DNA of 63,316 nucleotides, filler included, from Squatina squatina (taxonomy: Eukaryota), in NCBI GenBank assembly GCA_031763465.1. It is 4 parts of 4 records of this genome, joined end to end, with 100 filler letters (N's around TTAATTAATTAA, not from the genome) between each part and the next. Parts side by side here need not be neighbours in the genome. Positions count along the whole stretch, not along the records: positions 15,595 to 35,109 come from JARFOE010000051.1; positions 35,210 to 49,799 come from JARFOE010000233.1; 2 more parts are not named here. The stretch is one strand, 5' to 3'. The notes under the pieces are model-generated. The model saw nothing but the letters and a program-made list of their open reading frames with translations, was not told the origin of the DNA and did not search any database. Below, one piece after another: positions 24,846 to 35,420 of this stretch. The stretch's first letter is position 1, and the number at the start of each line of letters is the position of its first letter. The position numbers and the translations under genes are program-made.

Positions 24846-26151
24846 TCAAATCAGTTTTGCTCGAGCTTCTCGGGCAGGGTTACGGTGAGCTCCTCGCCTT
24901 CTTCCCCTTTCCTCACGCTCCTCAAGGCAGACTTGCACATCATGAGCTACTTCAGCATTCTCTTCCTCCTCTACTTCCTCATTTGTGGCCTCTTCATTCT
25001 CCACATCAAGTGGCTGTGCCCACATGACAGCCACATTGTGCAACACGCTGCAGACGACAGTGAACTGGGAGACCCAGTCTGGTGAGTACTGCAAGGCACC
25101 CCCCGAGCAGTCAAGGCAATGAAACCTGTGCAGGTCTGCTCAATGAGACTTCGAGTGGCAGCATGGCTTTCATTTTATGCCAGTTCTCCTGCAGTGGTGG
25201 GGTTTCTTAGGTGAGTCATGAGCCATGTTTCCTGAGGGTACCCTTTGTCGCCGAAGAGCCATTCTTGCAGAGAGTGCTGTGGCTGGAACATCTGTGACAT
25301 GCCACTCTGCCTAAGGATGAATGCATCATGGGTACAATGCATCGTGGGTGCTGCCAGGGTAATGAGCATCCACCGTGAGCATTTCCCTCCTGTGGCCGCG
25401 GACCAGCTGTACGTTGAGGGAATGGTCCCCCTTCCTGTTCTGGATTGTGCACTGGTGCTCTGAGGGCAACATGAGGGCAATCTATTGCACCCTGTACCTT
25501 GGGGAAACCCACAATATGGGCGAATCCTACAGGTCCCTCTTGCTGATCCTGCCTGGTGTATTGGTTGGAGATGTATTGCCTCCTCTTTGCAGACAACACC
25601 TTTGTGATCTGTCTGATGCAGCAATGCACAGCAAATTGCGAGATGTTGCAGATATTGTCAGTGGCACCTTGGAAGGACCATTTGCATAGAAATTCAGTGC
25701 AACAGTCATTGAGAGCAGTGAAAGCCCTGCTCTGAGGTTGAGGTTGCAGCTGAGGTTGCAACAGTTAGCATAGCCCTAACGCTAACCCTAAATGTGTGAT
25801 GACATCTTTCCTAAAGCACAGTCTTCTCGCACATTGCTCATCTGTCATCTGGAGATAGGTGAAATGTTGATGGAAGACTCTGAAAGAATATCTCCTCCTA
25901 TTGCCCTGGCCTCGCCCACCTCTAGCAGGAGCTGCATTCTGTCTTGGCTGTCGGTGCTCTGGTTCTGGTGCCTGCACCAAGTCTGCTTCTCGGAGTCCAT
26001 GCCCATCACGACTAGCCTCTGCATCCTCAGCCCTCATCCCATTCTGGATGTGCCTCATCTCCCTCCGCTGTATACAAAGCATACATCTCTGTCTAAGGTA
26101 GGTCATGTGATGATGACACAGCTCCATATCCACCGCTAAAGCAGCACCCAT
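24846..26151 (-). pseudogene. Harbinger DDE transposase (HARBI1-like), frameshifted
   Basis: GFPKVQGAIDCPHVALRAP, HDAFILRQS, WLFGDKGYP..WLMT, CSVLHN and an acidic tail, spread over several frames. Confidence 0.92.
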
Positions 26152-26613
26152 ATCTAAATTTTACTCATCGGAGGAAAGCCTGAATGGTGAGCACCAAGCA
26201 ACGATGTATGTCACAGTCATGTTGACGCTTCACAAATCCCACTTCCGCTTTCAGTACAACAGCACAGCCTGAGCCTCCACAATGGAGGACAGGAAATGGC
26301 ATCCAAACCTGCCCCTGTAAATAGTGCCATTCCCACCAACATGGAGGTCGTCTACACCAGGAAAAAACGGGTTGTTGTTGTAGTGTAAAATGCATTTTGC
26401 CAGAGACGGGGGCGGGGAGGCCCAATTGGAGGTTCTGTGCCAGCACCGAATGGGCATGAGATGGGAAATGGGCGTTTGTGCCCTTACGCCCGCTGGTTGT
26501 ATCCCGGGTCTAAGTTGAGGAATTGGTCTCAGCTTTACGCCGGTGTATAATCGGCGCTGGATGGCGGGCGCCGGCTGTGCCTCCTTTTTGCGACAACAAA
26601 CAAGGAGACCCGG

Positions 26614-27100
26614 TCAGGCGAGTACTGCAGTGCACCCCTGATTGTCAAGACAGTGGAATCGCTGCTTGTGGACACTGATGGTTTGCTCTATGATGGTTCT
26701 TGTAGAGGAATCGCTGTCATTGTAGGCGTGCTCAGCTGCACTGCGTACGTTCCAAAGGGGGGTCATGAGCCATGTTAGCAAGGGGGACCCTTTGTCTCCC
26801 AGCAGCCATCCACATGGGGCATTGGGACCCTTAAAATGTTGGTGGATCCAGCTTTGCCACAATATGAATGTGTCATGAGCACTGCCCAGATAGTGGGGAT
26901 TCACAGCCATGATCATCCTCTTGTGATCATACACTAACTGAACATTGAGAGAGAGGAAGCCCTTGCGATTGTTGAACTGTTCTGGCTGAGTATGGGGGGC
27001 CCTTATGGCTACGTGAGTGCAATCGATGGCACCCTGCACTGTCGGGAAGTCAGCCATTCGGACTAATCCAGTTTGTCGCTCCACGACCTTCTCTCTTGAC
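26614..27100 (-). pseudogene. Second Harbinger transposase catalytic-core fragment
   Basis: Open 156 aa containing GAIDCTH, LNVQLV, HDTFIL, LLGDKG and RTIIEQTI; lacks N- and C-termini. Confidence 0.88.
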
Positions 27101-27270
27101 AGGGGAAGCTAATGTATTGGTTTCTCCTTCTGAATAAAGCATCTTTGAAATCGTTGATGGCGCGATGAACTGCAAATTGCGTCCAAAGTTTTTTCTAGCA
27201 CCTCCATTACGCTTTCATAAGGCGAGAAACAGGCACTAAAAAGTCCCCAATTCCAGGCCCTTTGTGTCCT

Positions 27271-28870
27271 CCTCACAGCTTGCTTTCCCACCTATTTTTG
27301 TGTCATCCGCAAATTTGGCTACAGTACACTCGTTTCCTTTATCTAAGTCATTAATATATAATGTGACTAGTTTCGGCCCCAGCACTGATCCCTGTGACAC
27401 CCCACTAGTTACAGGTTGCCATCCTTAAAATGACCCCTTTGTCCCGACTCTCTGTTTTCTCTTCGTTAGCCAATCCTCTACCCATGCTAATATATTACCC
27501 CCAACACCATGAGCTCTTATCTTGTTCATTAACCTTTTGTGTGGCACCTTATCGAACGCCTTCTGGAAATCCAAATATATTACATCTACTGGTTCTCCTT
27601 TATCCACCCTGCTCATTAGTTCCTCAAAGAACTCTGAAAAATTTATCAGACATGATTTCCCCTTCATAAAGCCATGCTGACTCTGCTTCATTGTATTATG
27701 AATTTCTAAATGTCTTGCTATCACTTCCTTAATAATGGAGTCTAACATTTTCCCACTGACAGGTGTTAGGCTAACTGGCCTGTAATTACTTGCTTTTTGT
27801 CTCCCTCCTCTTTTGAATAAGGGTGTCACATTGGCAGTTTTCCAATCCTCCAGGATTTTTCCAGAATCCAGGGATTTTTGGAAGATTACAACCAATGCAT
27901 GCACTATCTCTGTGCCACTTATTTTAAGATCCTAGGATGCAAGCCATCAGATCCAGGGGACTTGTCGGCCTTTCGTCCCATTAGTTTGCCTGGTACTTTT
28001 TCTCTGGTGATAGTGATTGTATTTATTTCCTCCCCCACTTTTGCCCCTTGGTTTTTTAGTATTATTGGGATGTCTTCGACCATGATACAGATGCAAAATA
28101 TTTGTTCAACTTCTCTGCCATTTCCTTGTTCCCCATTACTATTTCCCCAGTCTCAGCCTCTAAGGGGCCAATGTTCACTTTGGCCACTCTCTTCCTTTTT
28201 ATATCCTTATAGAAGCTCTTAATGTCAGTTTTTATATTTCTTGCTGGTTTACTCTCTGTCTATTTTCTCCCTCTTTATTATTTTTTTGGTCACCTTTTGC
28301 TGTTTTCTGAACTATTCCCAATCTTCGGGCCTACCACTAATCGTTGCCACATTGTTTGCCTTTTCTTTCAATTTGAGACCATCCTTAACTTCCTTGGTTA
28401 GCCATGGATGATTCATACCTCTCAGAGTCTTTCTTCCTCACTGGGATACATCTTTGCTGCAAGTCATGAAATATGTTCTTAAATGTCTGCCACTGCTTGT
28501 CGACCGACTTATCTGCTAATCTATTTGCCCAGTCCACTTTAACCAACTCACTCCTCATTCCTTTGTAATTGCCCTTATTTAAGTTCAACACGGTTGTTTC
28601 AGACCCACGTTTCTCACTCTCAAACTGAGTGCTAAATTCGATCATGTTATGATCACTGTTTCCTCGGGGATCTGTGACACTGAGATCATATAATAAACCT
28701 GCCTCATTTCACATTTCCAGATCCAAAATAGCCTGTTCCCTGGTTGTTTCCGCAATGTATTGTGCTAGGAAACTGTCCTGAACACACTATGAATCCGTCC
28801 TCGTAGCTACTTTTGCCAATTTGAGTTACCCAATCTATATGAAGATGTGAGTCACCCATGATTAATGCAC
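27271..28870 (-). mobile_element. CR1 LINE ORF2 internal segment (reverse transcriptase)
   Basis: WKTANVTPLFK...NYRPVSLT...QHGFMKGKSC...YLDFQKAFDKVPH; KFADDTK at ~27296-27316. Confidence 0.95.
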
Positions 28871-30069
28871 ACCATTTTGTTCAGCATTAAATCGGTGTTA
28901 ACGGCTGAACACGGATTTTGGGCAGTATATTTAAAGCTGGGACATTTGTCCCCCCTTAACGCTGGTGCTAAGTGGCAGTTAAACATTTAAGGCTAAAAAC
29001 TCAGCATTCAGCGTTGCAGGCCCTCAATGACGTCATCAGAAGGCGCAATGTCCAAAATGGCCGCCCGCTGGGAAATTCGATAAGGCTGATGAGCTTTAAA
29101 ACTAGTGGTGATAATGCCCAGTTTTTTGAGCGCTGTCACCCGGTGGGGAATGATGGTTAAGTTCTATTTTTAAGAAAATCAGTATTAATTGTTTTTATTC
29201 AATCACAATTTTTGGGCTAAGTGTGGTTGTAGCCATTGTTCGAAAGTGTCAAAGTGGTTAACTTACCATAAAAACAGTGTTTTTTTCTGCCCACTTTTGA
29301 TTTTTAAAAATTTGGCTATTCGGCCATAGGAGCCATTACTAATGTTGGAGTGGGGACGGAGGTGCAGGGATGGCATCCGTTTGGAGCAGAGAGACGAGTC
29401 ACATTGATATTACCTTTCCCTAACCTGGTCGCTTTGTAACCAATGTGAATTTCAGCCATGGGGGGCATCTCCACTGACACCCCGAGGTGTGTGAGGAAGA
29501 ATGATCACCTCCTTTTGGATGTGGGAGAGATGAGGGCACACCAAGATGATGCTCGGCAGCTATCATCACAAGCTGGCCATCATCAGCACGCCCAGCGACC
29601 CCTTCATTTGCCACAGACAGCGACGTCACTGGTGGCACATGCCACAGCCCTTCATCATCCTCTAAGATTTTGGACAGGAAGTTTACATCCAATGAGGTAT
29701 GAGCGGTGAGTCTTCAGGTGCCAGGTCATCAAGACAGAGCGCGGGCATTGCCAATATCGCCATCTTCCTGAGGGTGCAGGGTGCCATCGGTTACGTCTGC
29801 CAAGCACAGCAGTTGACAGGACAAACCCTCCTCACCCACCAACGATCTATGATCTGACTGACCGAATCATTGCTTGTGTCTCCAGAATGAACCCCTTTAA
29901 GGGCTGAGGTGGCCTGACACTTGGTAGAAGCTCCTTAGATCTGTCCCACAATTCGCCTGCTGAAATAAACTAAGATAATCAGCGCTAAGTAAGTGCCCTT
30001 CAGTGTTGAAATTAGGATGGTTTTAAAGCTGTCTGAAACTTTTTTTTCCAACGTGTCAAATTGCAGGCC
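28871..30069. mobile_element. Deleted Harbinger-related element
   Basis: Contains a VQGAI remnant (~29770-29790) and a perfect 25-bp inverted match (29892-29916) to 22560-22584; ends ggcc|TTA. Confidence 0.6.
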
Positions 30070-30154
30070 TTAAAGTCAAATTTCAAAGACCTGAACTTTG
30101 TTCTTTCCAATTCGTCCCTTAGCACCAGAAACTCCGGGCCGTCTACTTGGGCAC

Positions 30155-30545
30155 CCGATCTTTTTCATATGCCCCTATTATTTCTTGATTTATACTCTGT
30201 CCCACAGTGAAGTTGCTGTTAGGGGGCCTATAGACCATTGCCACCAGTGTCTTCTTTCACGTGTTATTTCTTAGCTCCACCCAAACTGATTCTACATCTT
30301 GACCCTCTGAGACAAGATCATTTCTCACTATCATACTCATTTCATCCTTTATTAACAGAGATACCCCACCTCCGTTTCCCTTCTGTCTCTCCTTCCAAAA
30401 AGTCAAATACCCCTGAATAGTTAGTTTCCACGTTGATCACATTGTAACCATGTCTCCGTAATGGCTATCAGATCATACCCATTTATTTCTATTTGCGCAG
30501 TCAATTCATTTATTTTGTTATGAGTGCTGCGTGCATTTCTATAAA
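30155..30545 (-). mobile_element. CR1 LINE ORF2 endonuclease-region fragment (likely continuation of 27271-28870)
   Basis: Same orientation; reads as upstream CR1 sequence (ttagggggcctatagacc..., accatgtctccgtaatggctat = IAITETW). Confidence 0.75.
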
Positions 30546-30639
30546 GAGTCCAGTGATTCAGAAGGATGTGAATTTTAAAATCCTTCCTAAAATGTGGTGC
30601 CCACCCTATTTATCTACTTTGCCCCGAGCTCCCTTTATT

Positions 30640-31066
30640 TGCACCAGAGGGTTTGTTACCAGAAGTCCTTTGGAGGCCAGAGGCCTGGACTAATAATCCC
30701 GAGATCGTGAGTTCAAATCCCACTGTGGCAGTTTGAGAATTAGAATTCAATTTGAAATAAAAAGCTGGGTTGAGTACAAGTGACCATTTACTCTCGGATT
30801 GTCGTTAAAAACCCAACTGGCTCACTAATGTCTGATAGGGAAGGAAATCTCTCGTCCTTACCCGGTCTGGGCCTACATGTGACTCCAGTCCCACACAACA
30901 TGGTTGACTTTTAACTGCCCTCTGATACGGCCCAGCGAGCCACTCAGTTTGTATCAAACTGCACTGCGTTGGTTCAAGGAGAAGGCCCATCACCCCTCCT
31001 CAGGGCAACTCGGGACGGACAATAAATACCGGCCTCGCCAGCGATGCCCACGACCCCAGAATAAAT
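30640..31066 (+). mobile_element. tRNA-derived SINE with LINE-like tail
   Basis: B-box-like gagttcaaatccc and tail gggcaactcgggacggacaataaataccggcctcgccagcgatgcccac. Related fragments at ~6605-6675 and ~55990-56035. Confidence 0.7.
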
Positions 31067-31131
31067 TGGCTTAAAAATCCGGAACGCAGGTACATTCGGC
31101 GACTAATAGTGCTTCATTTATTCTCTTTCAG

Positions 31132-31336
31132 ATGTGGAAACATCACCTCGAGTTTAGATGTAAAAATGTTTTCTTTTGACTGCAAAGGAATGGAGGGTCA
31201 ATACGTGAATATTGTGATCCCAGGAGATGGAAAAATCCTGACCCTTTGTGAGGTTGAGGTCTATGAGGATTTGACCGAACATTGTGAAAGTGAAACGCAT
31301 CCCGTATGTCCCCGTTTTTTCTGTTCATCGTACTGA
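31132..31336 (+). CDS. F-type lectin domain exon, C-terminal part
   Basis: CGNI...FDCKGMEGQYVNIVIPG..KILTLCEVEVY completes the FTL fold. TCTTTCAG acceptor in phase 2 matches the 22143 donor. 3' end uncertain: stop at 31334-31336 or an internal donor. Confidence 0.9.
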
Positions 31337-33415
31337 GGGAGCTCGGCACTGTCGGAGGGACAGTACTGAGGGAGCACTGCATGGTCAGAGGGACAGTACT
31401 GAGGGAGCACTGCACGGTCGGAGGGGCAGTACTGAGGGAGCACTGCACGGTCAGAGGGGTAGTACTGAGGGAGCACTGCACGGTCGGAGGGGCAGTACTG
31501 AGGGAGCACTGCACAGTCAGATGGGCAGTACTGAGGGAGCACTGCACGGTCGGAGGGCCAGGACTGAGGGTGCGCTGCATGGTCGGAGGGACAGTACTGA
31601 GGGAGCATTGCACGGTCAGAGGGGCAGTACTGAGGGAGCACTGCACGGTCAGAGGAGCAGTACTGATGGAGCACTGCATGGTCGGAGGGTCAGTACTGAG
31701 GGAGCACTGCACGGTCGGATGGGCAGTACTGAGGGAGCACTGCATGGTCGGGGAGGCTGTACTGAGGGATCACTGCAAGCCCGGAGTGGCAGTATAGAGT
31801 GACGTTGCACGGTCGGAGGTGCAGTCCTGAGCGAGCACTGCACGGTCGGAGGGACTGTGCTGAGGGTGCACTGCACTGTCGGAGGGGCAGTACTGAGGGA
31901 GCACTGCACGGTCGGAGGGACAGTGCTGAAGGATTACTGTACGTTCGGAGGGGCAGTCCTGAGGGAGCACTGCACGTTTGGAGGGGCAGTACTGAGGGAG
32001 CTCTGCACGGTCGGAGGGTCAGTAGTGAGGGAGCACTGCACAGTCGGATGGGCAGTACTGAGGGAGCACTGCATGGTCGGAGGTGCAGTATTGAGGGAGC
32101 ACTGCACGGTCGGAGGGACTGTAATGAGGGAGCACTGCACAGTCGGAGGGGCAGTACTGAGGGTGCACTGCACGGTCGGAGGGACAGTACTGAGGGAGCA
32201 CTGCACGGTCGGAGGGACAGTACTGAGGGATTACTGCACGGTCGGAGGGCCAGTAATGAGGGAGCACTGCACGGTTGGATGGGCAATACTGAGGGAGCTC
32301 TGCACGGTCGGAGGGTCAGTAGTGAGGGAGCACTGCACAGTCGGAGGGGCAGTACTGAGGGAGCACTGCACGGTCAGAGGGACAGTACTGAGGGATGTTG
32401 CACAGTTGGAGGGGTAGTACTGAGGGAGCACTGCACGGTCGGAGGGTCAGTAGTGAGGGAGCACTGCACAGTCGGAGGGGCAGTATTGAGGGAGCACTGC
32501 ACAGTCCGAGGGGCAGTACTGAGGGAGCAGTACACGGTCATATGGACAGTACTGAGGGAGCACTGCACGGTCAGAGGGACTGTACTGAGGGACGCTGCAC
32601 GGTCGGAGGGACAGTACTGACGAGCACTGCACGGTCGGAGGGACAGTAGTGAGGGAGCACTGCACGGTCGGAGGGGCAGTACTGAGGGAGCACTGCACGG
32701 TCGGAGGGGCAGTACTGAGGGAGCACTGCACGGTCGGAGGGGCAGTACTGAGGGAGCATTGTAAGGTCGGAGGGGCAGTACTGATGGAACACTGCACGGT
32801 CGGAGGGATAGTACTGAGGGCGCACTGCACGGTCAGAGGGACAGTAGTGAGGCAGCACAGCACGGTCAGAGGAGCAGTACTGATGGAGCACTGCACGGTC
32901 GGAGGGGCAGTACTGAGGGAGCACTGCACGGTCAGAGGGGCAGTACTGAGGGAGCACTGCACGGTCGGAGGGGCAGGACTGAGGGTGCGCTGCACGGTTG
33001 GAGGGGCAGTACTGAGGGAGCTCTGCATGGTCGGAGGGTCAGTAGTGAGGGGGCAGTGCACAGTCGGAGGGGCAGTACTGAGGGTGCACTGCACGGTATG
33101 AGAGGCAGTACTGAGGGAGCACTGCAAGGTCGGAGGGAAAGTACTGAGGGACGCTGCACGGTCGGAGGTGCAGTACTGAGGGAACACTGCACGGTAGGAG
33201 GGACTGTACTGAGGGAGCACTGCACGGTCGGAGGGACAGTACTGAGGGAGCACTGCACGGTCGGAGGGACCGTACTGAGGGATTACTGCACGGTCGGAGG
33301 GGCAGTACTGAGGGAGCACTGCACGGTTGGAGGGGCAGTACTGAGGGAGCTCTGCACGGTCGGAGGGTCAGTAGTGAGGGAGCACTGCACAGTCGGAGGG
33401 GCAGTACTGAGGGAG
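31330..33415. repeat. 33-bp minisatellite, ~63 copies (gtactgagggagcactgcacggtcggaggggca), runs into the gap
   Basis: Tandem copies; reverse-complement relative of the 19967 array (2 differences in 33 between consensus units). Confidence 0.98.
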
Positions 33416-33515
33416 NNNNNNNNNNNNNNNNNNNNNNNNNNNNNNNNNNNNNNNNNNNNNNNNNNNNNNNNNNNNNNNNNNNNNNNNNNNNNNNNNNNNN
33501 NNNNNNNNNNNNNNN

Positions 33516-33980
33516 CTGCATTTGTTCCCATCCCCCTGCCATATTAGTTTAAACCCTCCCCAACAGCACTAGCAAACACTCCCCCAGGACATTGGTTCCA
33601 GTCCTGCCCAGGTGCAGACCGTCTGGTTTGTACTGGTCCCACCTCCCCCAAAACCGGTTCCGATGCCCCATGAATTTGAATCCCTCCCCCTTGCACCATG
33701 TATCAAGCCACGTATTCATCTGAATTATCATCCTATTTCTACTCTGGCTAGCACGTGGCACTGGCAGTAATCCAGAGATTATTACCTTTGAGGTCCTACT
33801 TTTTAATTTATCTCCTAACTCTCTAAACTCATCCTGAAAGACCTCATCCCGTTTTTTTCTAGATTGTTGGTACCTATGTGTACCACGACAACTGGCTGTT
33901 CATGCTCCCCCTCCAGAATGCCCTGCAGCCGCTCTGAGACAACATTGACCGTTGCACTAGGGAGGCAATATACCATCCTG
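33516..33980 (-). mobile_element. CR1 LINE ORF1 (SGNH esterase-like domain) fragment
   Basis: MNTWLDTWCKGEGFKFMGH..FWGRWDQYKPDGLHL; DGLHL is typical of the CR1 ORF1 esterase. Confidence 0.85.
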
Positions 33981-33994
33981 CATCATAGTTTTCA

Positions 33995-34880
33995 GAGTAG
34001 AGTCACCAGCAGTATTGAAAGAGTAGGGTCACCACTCTTATGTTGGCATGAATTCACCACCAGTAATGTTAGAGTAGATTCACCACCAGTAATGTTAGAA
34101 TAGAGTCACCACGACTATTGTTAGAATAAAGTCACCACAAATAATGTTGGAGTAGGTTCACCACCAGTAATGCCAGATTAGAGTCGCCACTATTAATATT
34201 AGAGTAGAATCACCACCATTAATGTTAAAGTAGGGTCACAACCAGTAATGTTAGAGTAGAATCACCATCAGTAATGTTAGAGTAATTTCACCACCAGTAA
34301 TATTAGAGCAGAGTCACCACAAGTAATGGTAGAGAAATGTCACCACCAGTAATGCTGGAGTAGATTCAACATCAGTAATGTTTGATTGTGGTCACCATCG
34401 TTTATATTAGAGCAGTGTTACCACCAGTGATGTTGGAGAAGTGTCACTACCAGTAATGTTAGAGTGGGGTGACCTGTGTTATTGTTAGTGCAGAGTCAAC
34501 GCCAACAATGTTAGAGTAGATTCATCACCGCTAATGCTGGATTAGTTTCATCACCAGTAATACAAGAATATTCGAATATGTTCATCACCTTTAATACCAG
34601 AGTGCACACATTATCAGTCAATTGGAAGTGAGTCACACCAGAAATGTTAATGTGCAGTCCTCGCCATTATTGATAGAATTGCATTTCTTCCCGGAATGTT
34701 AGAGAAGTGTCATCAGCAGTAATTTTAGAGTCGAGTCACCACCAGTAATGTTAGTGTGGAGTCTCCTCCAGTAACGTTATAGCATACTCACCAGCAGTAA
34801 TGTTACTTTAGGGTCATCAGCAGTAAAATTACAGTGGAGCCATCACCAGTAAGGTTATAGCTGAGTTAGCACCAGTAATC
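33995..34880. repeat. Diverged 26-bp minisatellite, ~34 copies (ttcaccaccagtaatgttagagtaga)
   Basis: caccaccagtaatgttagagt recurs at ~26-bp period. Confidence 0.92.
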
Positions 34881-35153
34881 AGTACAAAAACAGATTTACT
34901 TGTACAATGGATGAGTGACAATTTCAGAAGTTGCCTTCAGTGTTCCAGGTTGATGCTCAGTGCACGTTCCCTCTGGGATTACTTTCCACTCAGGAATTTT
35001 AAGGTACGGAGTTTGATGGATGAAGCTGTGAAATTCCCATTTGTGGCGCGGGCGCAGTGAAGTGGAAAATCACTCCTTGTTTGTTCAGTGACTGTGACTT
35101 AGGCAAATGNNNNNNNNNNNNNNNNNNNNNNNNNNNNNNNNNNNNNNNNNNNN

Positions 35154-35165
35154 TTAATTAATTAA
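35154..35165. other. Artificial scaffold linker TTAATTAATTAA
   Basis: N44-12mer-N44. Confidence 0.97.
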
Positions 35166-35420
35166 NNNNNNNNNNNNNNNNNNNNNNNNNNNNNNNNNNN
35201 NNNNNNNNNGAGAGAGAGAGACTGGGGGCGTGGGGGGGGGGAGCTTATTCTGCAATCTTCCTGTTACCTGAGGTTTCCAAGGGCAATTATGGGGACAATC
35301 CACATCATTTTGCTCTTTTTTTTATAAACAATACTAACTGGCTGCACAATACATCTTACAAGTGGGAACACCAGGTACAGTGCTGCGATGTCCCAGGATT
35401 TCGTATAGGCAGTAACTCAC

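Larger units (their letters stand above)
22361..27270. mobile_element. Harbinger/PIF DNA transposon (two-gene organisation, decayed); ends approximate
   Basis: Convergent Myb/SANT gene (+) and transposase (-). Left end preceded by TTA. Degenerate inverted termini: aattggcttgttttttgcgccgtttct versus the reverse complement aattggggactttttagtgcctgtttct. Confidence 0.8.

Noticed and set aside
31330-33415. CRISPR-like array
   Set aside because: Head-to-tail repeats with no unique spacers, derived from a SINE, in a vertebrate genome with no cas genes.
31143-33547. Many long ORFs with 11-aa repeats (QYCPSD, STAPPTVQ, STEGALH), also at 19944-20367
   Set aside because: Translations of a 33-bp non-coding minisatellite; the unit length is a multiple of 3, so several frames stay open.
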